Positions 22,970 through 32,617 of a stretch of DNA of 64,000 nt are shown one piece after another. The notes beneath the pieces were generated by a model. The model did no database searches, had not been told where the DNA came from, and saw nothing but the letters and a program-made list of their open reading frames with translations. The DNA is from an uncultured Solirubrobacteraceae bacterium. GTDB lineage: Bacteria; Actinomycetota; Thermoleophilia; Solirubrobacterales; Solirubrobacteraceae. The stretch covers positions 1,759,386 to 1,823,385 of the forward strand of contig CAVWJK010000003.1 in NCBI GenBank assembly GCA_963755475.1, read 5' to 3'. The first letter of the stretch is position 1; each line of letters begins with the position of its first letter. Both the position numbers and the translations under genes were made by a program.

Positions 22970-23556
22970 GCACCGACGAGCATGATTGGCATCCCCGACA
23001 CGGCAACGCTGACGCGGCCCGGTGGGAGAATCCCGCGATCGGCACACAGCTCAAGTACGTCGACCCGAACCGCCCACGCAGCCTGTTCAGCCGCGCCTAT
23101 GCCGCGTTTTCCAGCACCCGCCTGGGAAGGCTCATCTCGGCCAACGTCGTTTGGAAGGTCGATCCCTATCTGTTGCGGGCAACCCGGGGCCGCGTGGGGA
23201 TGGGCCTCGTCCTCCCCACCGCCCTGCTCGAAACCCGCGGCGCCAAGAGCGGCGCAGCACGGCGCAACGCGGTCATCTACTTCCACGACCAGCAACGGGT
23301 CACGATCATCGCCTCAAAGGCCGGCGCCGACAAACACCCGGCGTGGTTTCACAATCTTCGCGCCCACCCACACGTGACGTTCGGCGGCATTCCCATGCGA
23401 GCGACCGTGGTCAGCGATGAAGACGAGCGCGCCAGGATCTGGACGCTCGCCGACCGTGTCTTTGCGCCTTACGCAACCTACCGTCGAGAAGCGGCCAGGG
23501 CGAACCGCACGATCCCGATTGTGCAGCTCACCGCGCGCGAGTCAGACGCCGTCTAG
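22966..23556 (+). CDS. Deazaflavin-dependent nitroreductase family protein
   Basis: LLETRGAKSG, ASKAGADKHPAWFHNLRAHP, RTIPIV. Confidence 0.88.
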   Translation: MSTDEHDWHPRHGNADAARWENPAIGTQLKYVDPNRPRSLFSRAYAAFSSTRLGRLISANVVWKVDPYLLRATRGRVGMGLVLPTALLETRGAKSGAARRNAVIYFHDQQRVTIIASKAGADKHPAWFHNLRAHPHVTFGGIPMRATVVSDEDERARIWTLADRVFAPYATYRREAARANRTIPIVQLTARESDAV

Positions 23557-24153
23557 CGCTTTCGCCGGCAGCGCACCTCGGTCGACCGCCGGAGCGCACA
23601 CGCCGTTGAGGATGATCTCGACGTGGCGCCGCCAGTCCGCGCTGCCCGGTTTGAAGTACATCGTCGATGTGACCCCACACATCATCATCCCGAAGTCCTC
23701 GAAGGTGAAGTCGTCGCGGACGACGCCGGCAGCGGCCGCGCGGGAGATGATCCGGGAGACGACCTCGGCGAGCGCGGCCTTGTCCTCCTCGATGCCCTCC
23801 CACTCCAGCTCGTTGGAGCCCATCATCGCGAGCTGAAATCCAGAGTCGCCCTCGACTGCTTCGGCCGAGGTGCAGATGACACTCTCGAGCGCGGTCCGTG
23901 GATCTTGGATCTCCTCGGCGACCCTTGCGATCTCGGCGAACTCCTGGAAGCGTTCGCGGACCATCGCAGTCAGCAGCGCCTCCTTGGTGGGGAAGTGGCG
24001 ATAGACGGTGCCGATGCCGACGCCGGCGTGGGCGGCGATCTCGTCCATCTGAGCCTGTGGGCCCTCACGGGCGAACAGCTCGCGCCCGGCAGACATGATC
24101 CGCTCGCGGTTGCGGCGGGCGTCGGCGCGGAGTGTTCGCTGGTCAGGGGCCAT
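23542..24153 (-). CDS. TetR-family regulator
   Basis: LRADARRNRERI...AGVGIGTVYRHFPTKEAL. Confidence 0.92.
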   Translation of the reverse strand: MAPDQRTLRADARRNRERIMSAGRELFAREGPQAQMDEIAAHAGVGIGTVYRHFPTKEALLTAMVRERFQEFAEIARVAEEIQDPRTALESVICTSAEAVEGDSGFQLAMMGSNELEWEGIEEDKAALAEVVSRIISRAAAAGVVRDDFTFEDFGMMMCGVTSTMYFKPGSADWRRHVEIILNGVCAPAVDRGALPAKALDGV

Positions 24154-24257
24154 CAGATCCACAAGCGGAATCTTAGCTCCGTATCGTGCTATAAACAAGT
24201 GGAACCGTACTTCCGCTTCCGGATCATCCCGGCCGCTCGACTCATGAGAGGACCAGC

Positions 24258-25784
24258 ATGACGACCACCGAGACCGCAGCGCGCAATGCAGCGACAATGA
24301 CGTCGCGCGCCCCCAGGAAAGCCGCCGACCTCAGCTCTCAGCGCGGCAAGGACCTCGCGCTGGTGCTGCTGGCGATGACGCAGTTCGTGATCGTGATCGA
24401 CGCGTCGATCGTGAACGTCGCGCTGCCCTCGATCGGCGCGCACCTGCACTTCTCCCGCGACGACCTCTCGTGGGTGGTGAACGCCTACACGCTCACGTTC
24501 GGCGGGTTCCTGCTGCTGGGCGGCCGGCTGGCGGACCTGCTCGGGCGCAGGCGCATGTTCATGATCGGCCTGGTCGTCTTCTCGCTGGCCTCGCTCGGCG
24601 GCGGGCTGGCGCAGTCGGAGGCGTGGCTGATCACCGCGCGTGCGATCCAGGGCCTCGGCGCGGCGATCGTCTCCCCGGCGGCGCTGTCGATCATCACGAC
24701 GACGTTCGCCGAAGGCTCTGAGCGCAACCGCGCACTCGGGATCTGGGGTGCGGTCGCCGGCGCGGGCGGCGCCGCCGGCGTCCTGTTGGGAGGCATCCTC
24801 ACGAGCGGGCTGAGCTGGCGCTGGGTGCTGTTCGTGAACGTCCCGATCGGTATCGCCGCGGCAACGATGGCTCCCCGGCTGCTGCTGGAGAGCCACGCTG
24901 AAGACGGCACGGAAGGCTTTGACATCCCGGGCGCGGTGACGGTCACGGCGGGTCTCGCGCTGCTCGTCTACACGGTGGTCGACGCCGTCAACGTCGGCTG
25001 GGGCTCGACGGGCACACTGCTGAGATTGGCCGGTTCGGCGATCCTGCTCGCGGCGTTCGTCGCGATCGAGCGCCGCCAGCGCCATCCGCTGCTGCCGGCT
25101 TCGATCTTCCGCCTGCGCACTCTGCGCGGAGCGAACGTCGTCGGCCTGTTGATCGGCATGTCGCTGTTCTCGATGTTCTTCTTCATCTCGCTGTACCTGC
25201 AGGACGTGCTGCACTTCTCAGCGATCAAAGCCGGGCTCTCCTACCTGCCGCTCGCGGTGGGCATCATCATCTCCGCCGGGGTCGGCTCCCAGCTCGTGAC
25301 GCGCATCGGCTTCAAGCCGGTCCTGACCGCTGGCCTCGTGCTGATCGCGGCCGGCCTCGTGTGGTTCTCACGCGTACCCGCGCCCGGCGGATCGTTCAGT
25401 GCGGACGTGCTCGGCCCGTCGCTGTTGGCCGCGTTCGGTCTCGGGTTCTCGTTCGTGTCGGTGACCATCGGCGCGGTGACCGGGACCCAGCCGCACGAGG
25501 CCGGCCTCGCGTCGGGGCTGATCAACACCGCTCAACAGGTCGGCGGAGCGCTCGGCCTCGCGATCCTCGCGACCGTCGCGAACAGCCGCACGCAGAGCCT
25601 GCTGAGCTCGGGAGGGCACAGTTCCTCGGTCGCGCTCACGAAAGGCTTCGACCGCGCGTTTCTCGTCGGCGCGGGCTTTGCGGTCGCCGGGGCAATCCTC
25701 GCCACCGTCCTGATCTCATCGCGTGACAGCCGCGAGCAGGCCGCGGCTGCCCGCGGTGGAGAGCTCGAGACAGTCGCGGTCTGA
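24258..25784 (+). CDS. DHA2-family MFS efflux transporter
   Basis: DASIVNVALPSI, GRLADLLGRRR, many TM segments; divergent from TetR. Confidence 0.93.
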   Translation: MTTTETAARNAATMTSRAPRKAADLSSQRGKDLALVLLAMTQFVIVIDASIVNVALPSIGAHLHFSRDDLSWVVNAYTLTFGGFLLLGGRLADLLGRRRMFMIGLVVFSLASLGGGLAQSEAWLITARAIQGLGAAIVSPAALSIITTTFAEGSERNRALGIWGAVAGAGGAAGVLLGGILTSGLSWRWVLFVNVPIGIAAATMAPRLLLESHAEDGTEGFDIPGAVTVTAGLALLVYTVVDAVNVGWGSTGTLLRLAGSAILLAAFVAIERRQRHPLLPASIFRLRTLRGANVVGLLIGMSLFSMFFFISLYLQDVLHFSAIKAGLSYLPLAVGIIISAGVGSQLVTRIGFKPVLTAGLVLIAAGLVWFSRVPAPGGSFSADVLGPSLLAAFGLGFSFVSVTIGAVTGTQPHEAGLASGLINTAQQVGGALGLAILATVANSRTQSLLSSGGHSSSVALTKGFDRAFLVGAGFAVAGAILATVLISSRDSREQAAAARGGELETVAV

Positions 25785-25843
25785 CGGGTCGCCTCTTTCG
25801 CCCGAATAGAGGTCAATACAACGTACCGTATACTAGGTCTATT

Positions 25844-25866
25844 ATTGTACCTATTATGCGGTACAA
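25844..25866. repeat. Palindrome TGTACC-N8-GGTACA, copy 1 (just past the ATPase stop)
   Basis: ATTGTACC-tattatgc-GGTACAA within an AT-rich patch. Confidence 0.75.
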
Positions 25867-25870
25867 ATTG

Positions 25871-27076
25871 CTACGCCTCGTTCGCAGTATCCATCGCCGG
25901 CCGGTCCGCGAGCGGCGATGCTCGCCGCAGCCACTCCCCGAACAGCGGATCGACGATGTACCAGCTGCCGTCCCGTTGATCGACGAGTCCACGCCCCTGC
26001 AGCCGCACTAGCGCTGGACGCACACGCGAGTGACTGGAGAACCCGTAGCGCTTGGCGACTGGGCGGCTGGTGACATTGTTGCCGCCGCGGTCGGCCAGCA
26101 GCTGCAGCGCGCGGACCTCGTTTGCCTCCGCGTCGTCCCCGCTCATCAGCACGTTGAGGACCGATGCGAACTCGGATCGCTCGATCGTCTGCACGAGCCG
26201 GTCGTGGGCGTCTATCACCGTCTCGAGCGTCACGCGCTTACCAGCCCCCGTAGCGGCCCAACACTCCCAGGCCAGCTGCTGTGTGCTGCGGGGGTGTACG
26301 CGGGTGGCGCTGAGCAGATAGTTGAGCGCGTCGTCGTCAGCGGGCCTGCCAGTCGCCTCGAACTGGAAGTCCAGGTACTCGAGAAAGTCGATGCGGCTGA
26401 TGGCCGGCAGCTGCATCTGCGCGGCCTCGCCGAAGATCGGCTGGTGGGAGTCCTCGAGCATCATCTTCAGCGCGTTGCGGATCGATCCGGTGAACAGCAG
26501 CGACACGTGATTGGAGCCGGAGCTCATGAGCGCCGAGCGGATGATCGCCAGAGGATCCCCTGGACAGTGGCGCAGCCGCTGGAACTCGTCGAATACCACG
26601 ACGAGGCGCTCGGACAGGGAACGCAGGGCGATCAGCTGCGCGTGCAGCGTCTCGCCATCCTGCGCCGGGTTGACAGCGGTGCTCTTGACCGAGCCCTTGA
26701 TCACCTTGATGTCGAAGCCGATTTCCTTCTCCAGCGCACCGATCTGCCGCTGGGCCGCACGTCGCAGATGCTTGACCGGGTGACCGATCATGGCGTCGTG
26801 CACGCACCCGATGAACCCCGGGATGCTGACGACGCGCTGGAGGTTGACCTTGACCACGTCAAACGGCGGCGCATCTTCGCCGTGGCTCTTTGCCAGTTCG
26901 AGCGCCAGCTGGTTGGTGAACGTGGTCTTGCCCGTGTCGCGCGGGCCGAACAGCGCGACGTTGGTCTGACCCTTGAGCGTCAGCGCAATCTGGTTAGCGA
27001 ACGCCTCCATGCCGACGATCTTCGACGGGTCGTCCAGCGGGCGGTCCCAGACGAACGGGTTGAGCACGGTCGACAT
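25871..27076 (-). CDS. P-loop ATPase (archaeal-ATPase/STAND-like) with C-terminal winged helix
   Basis: LNPF start, Walker A GPRDTGKT, Walker B VVFDEFQ, FTGS, HPR..Q, C-terminal IVDPLFGEWLRR. Confidence 0.85.
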   Translation of the reverse strand: MSTVLNPFVWDRPLDDPSKIVGMEAFANQIALTLKGQTNVALFGPRDTGKTTFTNQLALELAKSHGEDAPPFDVVKVNLQRVVSIPGFIGCVHDAMIGHPVKHLRRAAQRQIGALEKEIGFDIKVIKGSVKSTAVNPAQDGETLHAQLIALRSLSERLVVVFDEFQRLRHCPGDPLAIIRSALMSSGSNHVSLLFTGSIRNALKMMLEDSHQPIFGEAAQMQLPAISRIDFLEYLDFQFEATGRPADDDALNYLLSATRVHPRSTQQLAWECWAATGAGKRVTLETVIDAHDRLVQTIERSEFASVLNVLMSGDDAEANEVRALQLLADRGGNNVTSRPVAKRYGFSSHSRVRPALVRLQGRGLVDQRDGSWYIVDPLFGEWLRRASPLADRPAMDTANEA

Positions 27077-27083
27077 CTGGCTA

Positions 27084-27106
27084 ATTGTACCAGGTTCCCG
27101 GTACAG
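27084..27106. repeat. Palindrome TGTACC-N8-GGTACA, copy 2 (overlaps the minus-strand TACAAT -10 of the ATPase)
   Basis: ATTGTACC-aggttccc-GGTACAG, 7 nt upstream of the ATG. Confidence 0.75.
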
Positions 27107-27169
27107 CTTTGGACCGTCGGACGGTACGCGATGCGCAAACCTGGAGGGTGTTACTACGCTCACCGAGGT

Positions 27170-27375
27170 GGATCGACACCGAGCTCGGCGATGAGCATCG
27201 TTGCGGAGCGCCATTCTGTCCCACTCGCTCGGGAACGGTCGCGCCAGCGGCGAGAAGGAACCTAACGATCTCTGCGTAGGGCTCTGTTGGGATCTCATCG
27301 ATCGTGCGCATCGACGGGCCGCCCTCGGGCTCGTGACAGTGGCGCGAGCCGTGCAGCGCGGCCCCGATCGCGCTC
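27170..27375 (-). pseudogene. C-terminal remnant of an ankyrin-repeat-like protein
   Basis: AIGAALHGSRHC...YAEIVRFLLAAGATVP. Confidence 0.5.
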
Positions 27376-27584
27376 CCGCCATCCTCGTCGTGCGCCTCGC
27401 GAAGAACCACCCGCTCCCCGACGGCAACAAGCGAGCCGCCTGGGTAGCGCTCCGCCTGTTTATCGAGATCAACGACTGGACATGGAGCACCACACCAACT
27501 ATCGATGACGCTGAGCAAGCAGCACTCGCTATCGCCGCAGTAAACCAGCGCGCCGCGAAAGTGTGGCCTCGCCAGCCTGGCTAA
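27375..27584 (+). pseudogene. Doc/Fic toxin C-terminal remnant
   Basis: Fic/Doc motif LAKNHPLPDGNKRAAW; N-terminus missing. Confidence 0.75.
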
Positions 27585-28531
27585 ATGGCCCCCGCCGGCA
27601 CATACAGGAGCCGGCCGTCAGCGTCGACACGCCTGCTGTACGGCGAACGCTGCCAGATGACGTCCAGATAGCCCGCCTCGCGCCCATCGAGCGTCGCCCG
27701 CACCACGCGCCATGCCTCGGGATCGTGATATCGGGCGAAGCACATCAGGTTGGCGTAGCGGTTCGTGACATGCGGCTCGGCAGACAGCAGCTGCGCCAGA
27801 CGCGACAGGATCCGTCGCTTGACGAGGAGCGCCTGAGGCAGCACCGCCCCGTCAGCCAGCTTTGAAGCCATCTCACCACCGACCAGCAGGCGCTTGGTCG
27901 CCTCCAAGCTCGACGCAAAGTCCCCACAGCAGACCATCCCGATCTGGTCCCCCGAGTACGCCGTCGCCCGGTAGTAGGGCAGGATAAAGGGAGTGACGTA
28001 TCTGAGCACGTCGGCCCACTGCATGATCAGAACGATCAAGTCCAAACGTGTGAGTTTCGCGCGCAGCGCGCCCACGTGGCGACCAATCAGGAAGTTCAGC
28101 TGTCCGTGCTTGCCCGGCTGCAGGAGATCGGCCAGCAGGCTGCCCTCGATCAGGATGATGCGCGTTCCCAGCAGACTCGTCATACTGATACTGGGCCTTG
28201 CACTCTCTGTCACATAAACCTCGATGGGGCGATCGTAGTGCAGGGTCACGCAGACTTCGTCCACCACCCGCTGCAGTTCGGGGAAGGTGTACTCGTCGAC
28301 CCGCACTGAGCGCCCCAGCAACCGTGCGCGCCCCATCTGGATGCCAAGCCAGATCGTTACGAGGAAGAACGCAAGAACGATCGCCAGGTACAAGAGCAGC
28401 CTGACGCCGCCAACGCTGATGAGGCCATAGAGCGGAAGACCCAATGCCAGCACCGATGCCGCGAGTGCGAGCACCAATCGCGACTGCTCGGTGGGGTGAA
28501 GCAGGGGACGTACGGAAGGGCCTTGGTTCAT
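27581..28531 (-). CDS. M48 (HtpX-like) family membrane protein with degenerate active site
   Basis: VRVDEYTFPEL, FLIGRHVGAL (HExxH position), AYSGDQIG, EPHVTNR. Confidence 0.7.
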   Translation of the reverse strand: MNQGPSVRPLLHPTEQSRLVLALAASVLALGLPLYGLISVGGVRLLLYLAIVLAFFLVTIWLGIQMGRARLLGRSVRVDEYTFPELQRVVDEVCVTLHYDRPIEVYVTESARPSISMTSLLGTRIILIEGSLLADLLQPGKHGQLNFLIGRHVGALRAKLTRLDLIVLIMQWADVLRYVTPFILPYYRATAYSGDQIGMVCCGDFASSLEATKRLLVGGEMASKLADGAVLPQALLVKRRILSRLAQLLSAEPHVTNRYANLMCFARYHDPEAWRVVRATLDGREAGYLDVIWQRSPYSRRVDADGRLLYVPAGAI

Positions 28532-29307
28532 TTCGAGGGCGTAATCGTCAGCTTGTCGATCAGCAGCTTTTCGTTTTCCTCAACCATATGGAAGGTGATG
28601 GACCCGGTAACAGTACCGTTCTGATCGGTGATGGTGAACTGCCCGCTCGCCGTCGCTTCGCCTTCCCCAGGTTGGATGCTCATTCCGGAGAGGCTGTAGC
28701 TTGGGTTTTTGAGTTCATTGAACTGGTGCTGGTAGGTTTCCAGCGCCTGCGACAGGCCTTCAGGCGCGTGACTGCCGTCCTGGCGGACCAGGTTTGAGGA
28801 GAGAACGCTCTTCAGACCTTCGACGTTCTCACCGGAATAGTCGGATTCATATTCGTTCAGCACCTGCTGGACCGCGGACGATTCGACCGTCGAGTCGCCC
28901 GCAGTGGATGTCGATTCCGGCGTGGTGGGAGTTGATTCGGTCGATTCCGGCGTGGTCGGGGTCGATTCCCCCGATTCGCGCGTCGATACTGGTGGCACAA
29001 ACGACGGCGGGGTCGGCGAGCTGCCACCACTCGCAGCCGCCGCGAAGGCGCCGATCACGACGGCGACCGCAACGAGGGTGACGACCCCCGCTTTCAAAGC
29101 GGGATTGGGACGACCCGGGACGCTGTCCCAGAGAAGACCGGGCATCGGCGGTGGCACGCCGGGTTGGAGCGGAAGCTGCGCTGCCGGCTCGGTCGGCGTG
29201 CGCCGGCGCAGATTAAGAGCGCAGCGCGGACACCACGCCGCTTGGCGCGAGTGAGTCCTGCATCGTGAGCAGGTCTGGTCCCCCGATGTCGCGGACACAT
29301 CACTCAT
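28528..29307 (-). CDS. Membrane protein: zinc ribbon, TM, Thr/Pro/Ser linker, NTF2-like C-terminal domain
   Basis: CSRC..CPRC, hydrophobic helix, ESTPTTPEST repeated; 4-bp overlap with the M48-like gene. Confidence 0.65.
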   Translation of the reverse strand: MSDVSATSGDQTCSRCRTHSRQAAWCPRCALNLRRRTPTEPAAQLPLQPGVPPPMPGLLWDSVPGRPNPALKAGVVTLVAVAVVIGAFAAAASGGSSPTPPSFVPPVSTRESGESTPTTPESTESTPTTPESTSTAGDSTVESSAVQQVLNEYESDYSGENVEGLKSVLSSNLVRQDGSHAPEGLSQALETYQHQFNELKNPSYSLSGMSIQPGEGEATASGQFTITDQNGTVTGSITFHMVEENEKLLIDKLTITPSK

Positions 29308-29394
29308 CCGGTGCAACCCCCCTCACGGGCTCCATATACGCGGACTATACCGATTGAGCGTCAGGCGAGGCCTTGAACGGTTGGCGCGTCGTTC

Positions 29395-29500
29395 CGGTGT
29401 TTTCGGGGGTTTGCCCGTGTTGCTCGACTTCGCCAAACACTGATCGGGGCGAACGGTTCAAGTCGGCTTCCTATCTATGGGTTTTCTGCATGTCTGCGGT
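29395..29500. repeat. att-like junction 1 (core ATCGGGGCGAACGGTT at 29443)
   Basis: Core matches the tRNA-Pro 3' end; left arm GTTTTCGGGGGTTTGCCCGTGTTGCT; degenerate right arm. Confidence 0.75.
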
Positions 29501-29556
29501 TTATTCGTCCGAGATGTCGGGTCGGCTGGCATGATTTCGTCGATACCATTAGGTCC

Positions 29557-29638
29557 GTGGCGAATCAGCAGAAGCAGGCCGACGGAGGGACTGCGAGTCA
29601 AGGTTCGCGTCACCCGCGACATGTACCGCCAGCGGTAG
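29557..29638 (+). pseudogene. Internally deleted copy of the small gene at 30728-30904
   Basis: TEGLRVKVRVTRDMYRQR* versus TEGLRVNVRVTRDMYRPR*; same TACCAT-N7-GTG start context. Confidence 0.7.
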
Positions 29639-29714
29639 GGTCAGCAGCGCTGCACCGCCCTCGATGGCTTGGTCGAGCCTGCTCGATTCCTCGTCGGTCA
29701 TCCGGCGAGACCAC

Positions 29715-30132
29715 ATGCTCCCGCCCGACGACGAGCCGTAGGCGCGTGGGCGAGACTGGACGTCGCGCCAGAGCGCACTTCGACGCCGACGCCTGGGAAG
29801 AAGACCTCGCCCGCACCACCCCCGCGGGTCGTCAGGCCGCCGAGGCAGCGCGCAAGGACTACGAATAGCACGGCGGACCGATCGCCAAGCTACGTCGTGT
29901 CGCCGAACACGCACATGGTCGCGACCGCACCATCCTTCCAACTGCACGAAGATCTACGTGCCGCCGCCCAACGGTCGCTTCGGGATGATCTTCATGCTCA
30001 AGGTCCAGCCCGACAGGCGGCCCGTGCTGATGTTCCTCGCCTTCGGCGTGCGCCACGACCCCGGAGACTACGGCGCCCAACCGTCTATCAACTCGCCCAC
30101 GAGCGGCTGCGCGGCCAGCCGCCAAGGCTCTG
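29715..30132 (+). pseudogene. Degenerate copy of the 37114-37716 gene pair
   Basis: HMLPPDDEP*, FDADAWEEDLAR and FGMIFMLK..PVLMFLAFGVRH, with an in-frame stop and frameshifts. Confidence 0.8.
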
Positions 30133-30319
30133 AGCATGGCGACGGGGCACAGCTCGCCGCTACCAGCGCAACTAGGCTTCGTGTGATGGCGACCTCGCAA
30201 GTGTTCAGCGAGCAGAACTGGCGGCTCGCAGAACTGTCCGCTACGCCATCGACGTCATAGCAAAGCACCGCGAGCGCTCCAACGCTCCTTCCGCGCAGAC
30301 TCCGCTAGGGATCGTCGGA

Positions 30320-30610
30320 GGGTCTACGGATTTCCTACGGGTTCGGCGTCCCGCGTCTACGAATATGCCAGCGAAAGCCCGCAAACATGGGTGAAACGGC
30401 CAACGCCGATTCCCCGTGTTTTCGTGTTTTCGGGGGTTTTCGCCCGTGTTTGCTGGGATTTAGCAAAACACTGACCAATCGGGGCGAACGGTTAAGTTCG
30501 GCTTTCCTATGCAGTTTCCGGCGGTCTGCTACGAATTTACGACGGCCATACCGGCTTCATGCCGGGCTTTGCGCTGGTCCAGGCCGGCTGTATGCCATGC
30601 CTAACATACG
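30320..30610. repeat. att-like junction 2 (core at 30478)
   Basis: CTACG repeats at 30324, 30335 and 30357; left arm GTTTTCGGGGGTTTTCGCCCGTGTTTGCT; right arm ending GTATGCCATGCCTAAC. Confidence 0.85.
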
Positions 30611-30727
30611 TACGTCGTGCCTAACATACGTCTGCCGTGTTGCCGAGGCATTCGACGGCTCAGACAATGGGCCGAGCGCGAGATGTCCGGACCCATTGGC
30701 AACACTCAGGCGGATACCATGAGATCT

Positions 30728-30904
30728 GTGACGAAGGCGAAGACCAACGGAAAGATCCAGCGGCTCAGCCCCGAGAGGCTGGCCGAGCTTAGGGTGCCCG
30801 CGACCGCTAAGACCCCCGAGGAAAAGCAGGCAGCACTGAAGCGTGCCACCGAGGGCCTCCGGGTCAACGTCCGCGTCACGCGCGACATGTACCGCCCCCG
30901 GTAG
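30728..30904 (+). CDS. Small basic protein, putative antitoxin of the PIN toxin
   Basis: 58 aa, ends 6 nt before the PIN gene; a paralog remnant lies at 29557. Confidence 0.6.
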   Translation: MTKAKTNGKIQRLSPERLAELRVPATAKTPEEKQAALKRATEGLRVNVRVTRDMYRPR

Positions 30905-30910
30905 GCGCCG

Positions 30911-31501
30911 ATGAGCCCGGCAGGCGGGCGCAGACGCCTCACCCGCGGCGTGTTCTCGATCGAGGACCAGCAGCTGACCCTGCCCGACCCGATCGCCCTG
31001 GACACCAGCTTCGTTGTCGAGGCCCTGCTCGCAACCCAGCCGCTACACGGCGTGTGCGATGCCTTCCTCAAACGCATCTTCGACAGCGGCGTATCGGTCG
31101 TCACCAGCGAGCTGCTTCGTATCGAGCTCGCCGAGACCGCTTTCGCGATCGCCATGAAGGAACGCTGGGGCAGGCGCTGGCGAGCACACCGCACCGACGG
31201 ACGCTCCCGCCGCCGCGCCGCACGGCTGCTGCACGACACCATCTTGCGCGATGGCGCGCTCCTCACACCCGTCGATCACTTCCCGATACCGCTCGGCGAC
31301 ATAACGGCCACCGCCATCACCTTCATGACCGACTATGGCATGGCGTCCTACGACGCTGCCCACGCGGCAACGGCCATCTCCGCCGGTGCCGAAACGATCG
31401 TCACGCTCGACACCGGCTTCGCGCTCCTGCCTTCGACCCAGCTCACGATGTACACCGACCGCTCGCGACTGGGCTCGTGTCGCACCAAGCGATCACGTTG
31501 A
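30911..31501 (+). CDS. PIN-domain (VapC-like) ribonuclease
   Basis: IALDTSFVV, SELLRIEL, SYDAAHAATA, IVTLDTGF. Confidence 0.88.
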   Translation: MSPAGGRRRLTRGVFSIEDQQLTLPDPIALDTSFVVEALLATQPLHGVCDAFLKRIFDSGVSVVTSELLRIELAETAFAIAMKERWGRRWRAHRTDGRSRRRAARLLHDTILRDGALLTPVDHFPIPLGDITATAITFMTDYGMASYDAAHAATAISAGAETIVTLDTGFALLPSTQLTMYTDRSRLGSCRTKRSR

Positions 31502-31695
31502 GGCAGGGACATCTGCTCGCGTTGCTCGCCTTGGTCGTGGTGACCGGAGCCGGCCTCGCGGTCCGTTTGCTTCCAGGAGAGACGAACCTCTCCCATCTTG
31601 GTTGGCTTTCTGGAGACCGCGCCGCGCCGGCGTCTGGTCAACCGCCCTTGTAGCCCACCGGAGGACCTTCCTGGGGCCGAGCGCTCGGCCGTCGG

Positions 31696-32529
31696 TTAGT
31701 GAGCGGCAAAGAACTCGGCGAGCAGCTCGCCGACCTGCTCGGGCTTGTCCTCTTGGAGGAAGTGTCCGGCGTCCGGGAGCGAGGTGATCTCGGCCTGCGG
31801 GATGTCTCGCTGGATCCGCTCGACGAAGGCTCCAACGCCTTCCAGGAAGTGATCCTGTTCGCCGTAGATGACGCGCACTGGCATGCGTACCGACGGCAGC
31901 TCGGCGGCGAGGGCAGCTAGTCCCGCGTTCTCGAGTTCCGCGCCTGCCTTCGCGAGCGCGAGACGGTCCTCGTCGGTGACGAACGGGTCGGTCATCCCCT
32001 CGATCGCCTCCCGGGTCACGCTCGCCTTCTTCGCGGTGCCGAGCCGGAGCGTCGCCTCGAGGCCGGCAGCGCTGGTGTAGTGCTCGCGTGCGCCCGGCGT
32101 CTGCAGCGCGCTGATGAGCTTCACGAGCGTCTCGGTCATGTCCTCGGGGTAGAGCACGGTGTTGAGTAGCGCGATCGCCCGCACCCGCTCGAGGTTGTCT
32201 AGCGCGAAGCGCGCGCCGATCGGCCCGCCGAGGTCGTGCACGCCGATCGCCACGTCCTCGACCCCAAGCGCGTCGAGGAAGCCGCGCACGGCCCCCGTGA
32301 AGAAGTCGAAGTCGTAGGTGACGTCGGTCGGCTTGTCTGACCAGCCGAAACCGGGCAGGTCGAGCGCCAGCACGCGCGTGCGGCGTGCGATCGGCGCCAT
32401 CACGTTGCGCCACAGAAACGACGACGTCGGCCAGCCGTGCAGCAGCAGGACCGCCGGGCCGGCGCCGGCCTCGCGGTAGGCGAGTGTACGCCCGCCGACC
32501 TCGATCGTGTCCATCGCCGTCACTGTCAC
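31696..32529 (-). CDS. Alpha/beta hydrolase (haloalkane dehalogenase/epoxide hydrolase-like)
   Basis: LLHGWPTSSFLWR, DLPGFG, nucleophile elbow VHDLGG, AGHFLQED. Confidence 0.9.
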   Translation of the reverse strand: MTVTAMDTIEVGGRTLAYREAGAGPAVLLLHGWPTSSFLWRNVMAPIARRTRVLALDLPGFGWSDKPTDVTYDFDFFTGAVRGFLDALGVEDVAIGVHDLGGPIGARFALDNLERVRAIALLNTVLYPEDMTETLVKLISALQTPGAREHYTSAAGLEATLRLGTAKKASVTREAIEGMTDPFVTDEDRLALAKAGAELENAGLAALAAELPSVRMPVRVIYGEQDHFLEGVGAFVERIQRDIPQAEITSLPDAGHFLQEDKPEQVGELLAEFFAAH

Positions 32530-32564
32530 CGCGTCCTCCTCGTGTCGACTGAGCGTATATGAAA

Positions 32565-32606
32565 CCCGACTGTCGGTCTGTAACTTAGCAGACCGACAGT
32601 CGGTCT
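32565..32606. promoter_or_regulatory. Paired TetR operator palindromes
   Basis: CCGACTGTCGG and AGACCGACAGTCGGTCT in the divergent gap. Confidence 0.75.
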
Positions 32607-32617
32607 ATGATCAGTGG

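Noticed and set aside
25871-27493. 540-aa version of the ATPase ORF
   Set aside because: The upstream extension crosses two gene remnants; the LNPF start and TACAAT box support the ATG at 27076.
28905-28975. 30-bp tandem repeat
   Set aside because: It encodes the ESTPTTPEST linker of a membrane protein; an ordinary coding repeat.
30598-30631. Direct repeat TGCCTAACATACGT twice
   Set aside because: A local duplication at the end of a junction arm, not seen at other junctions, with no separate function supported.
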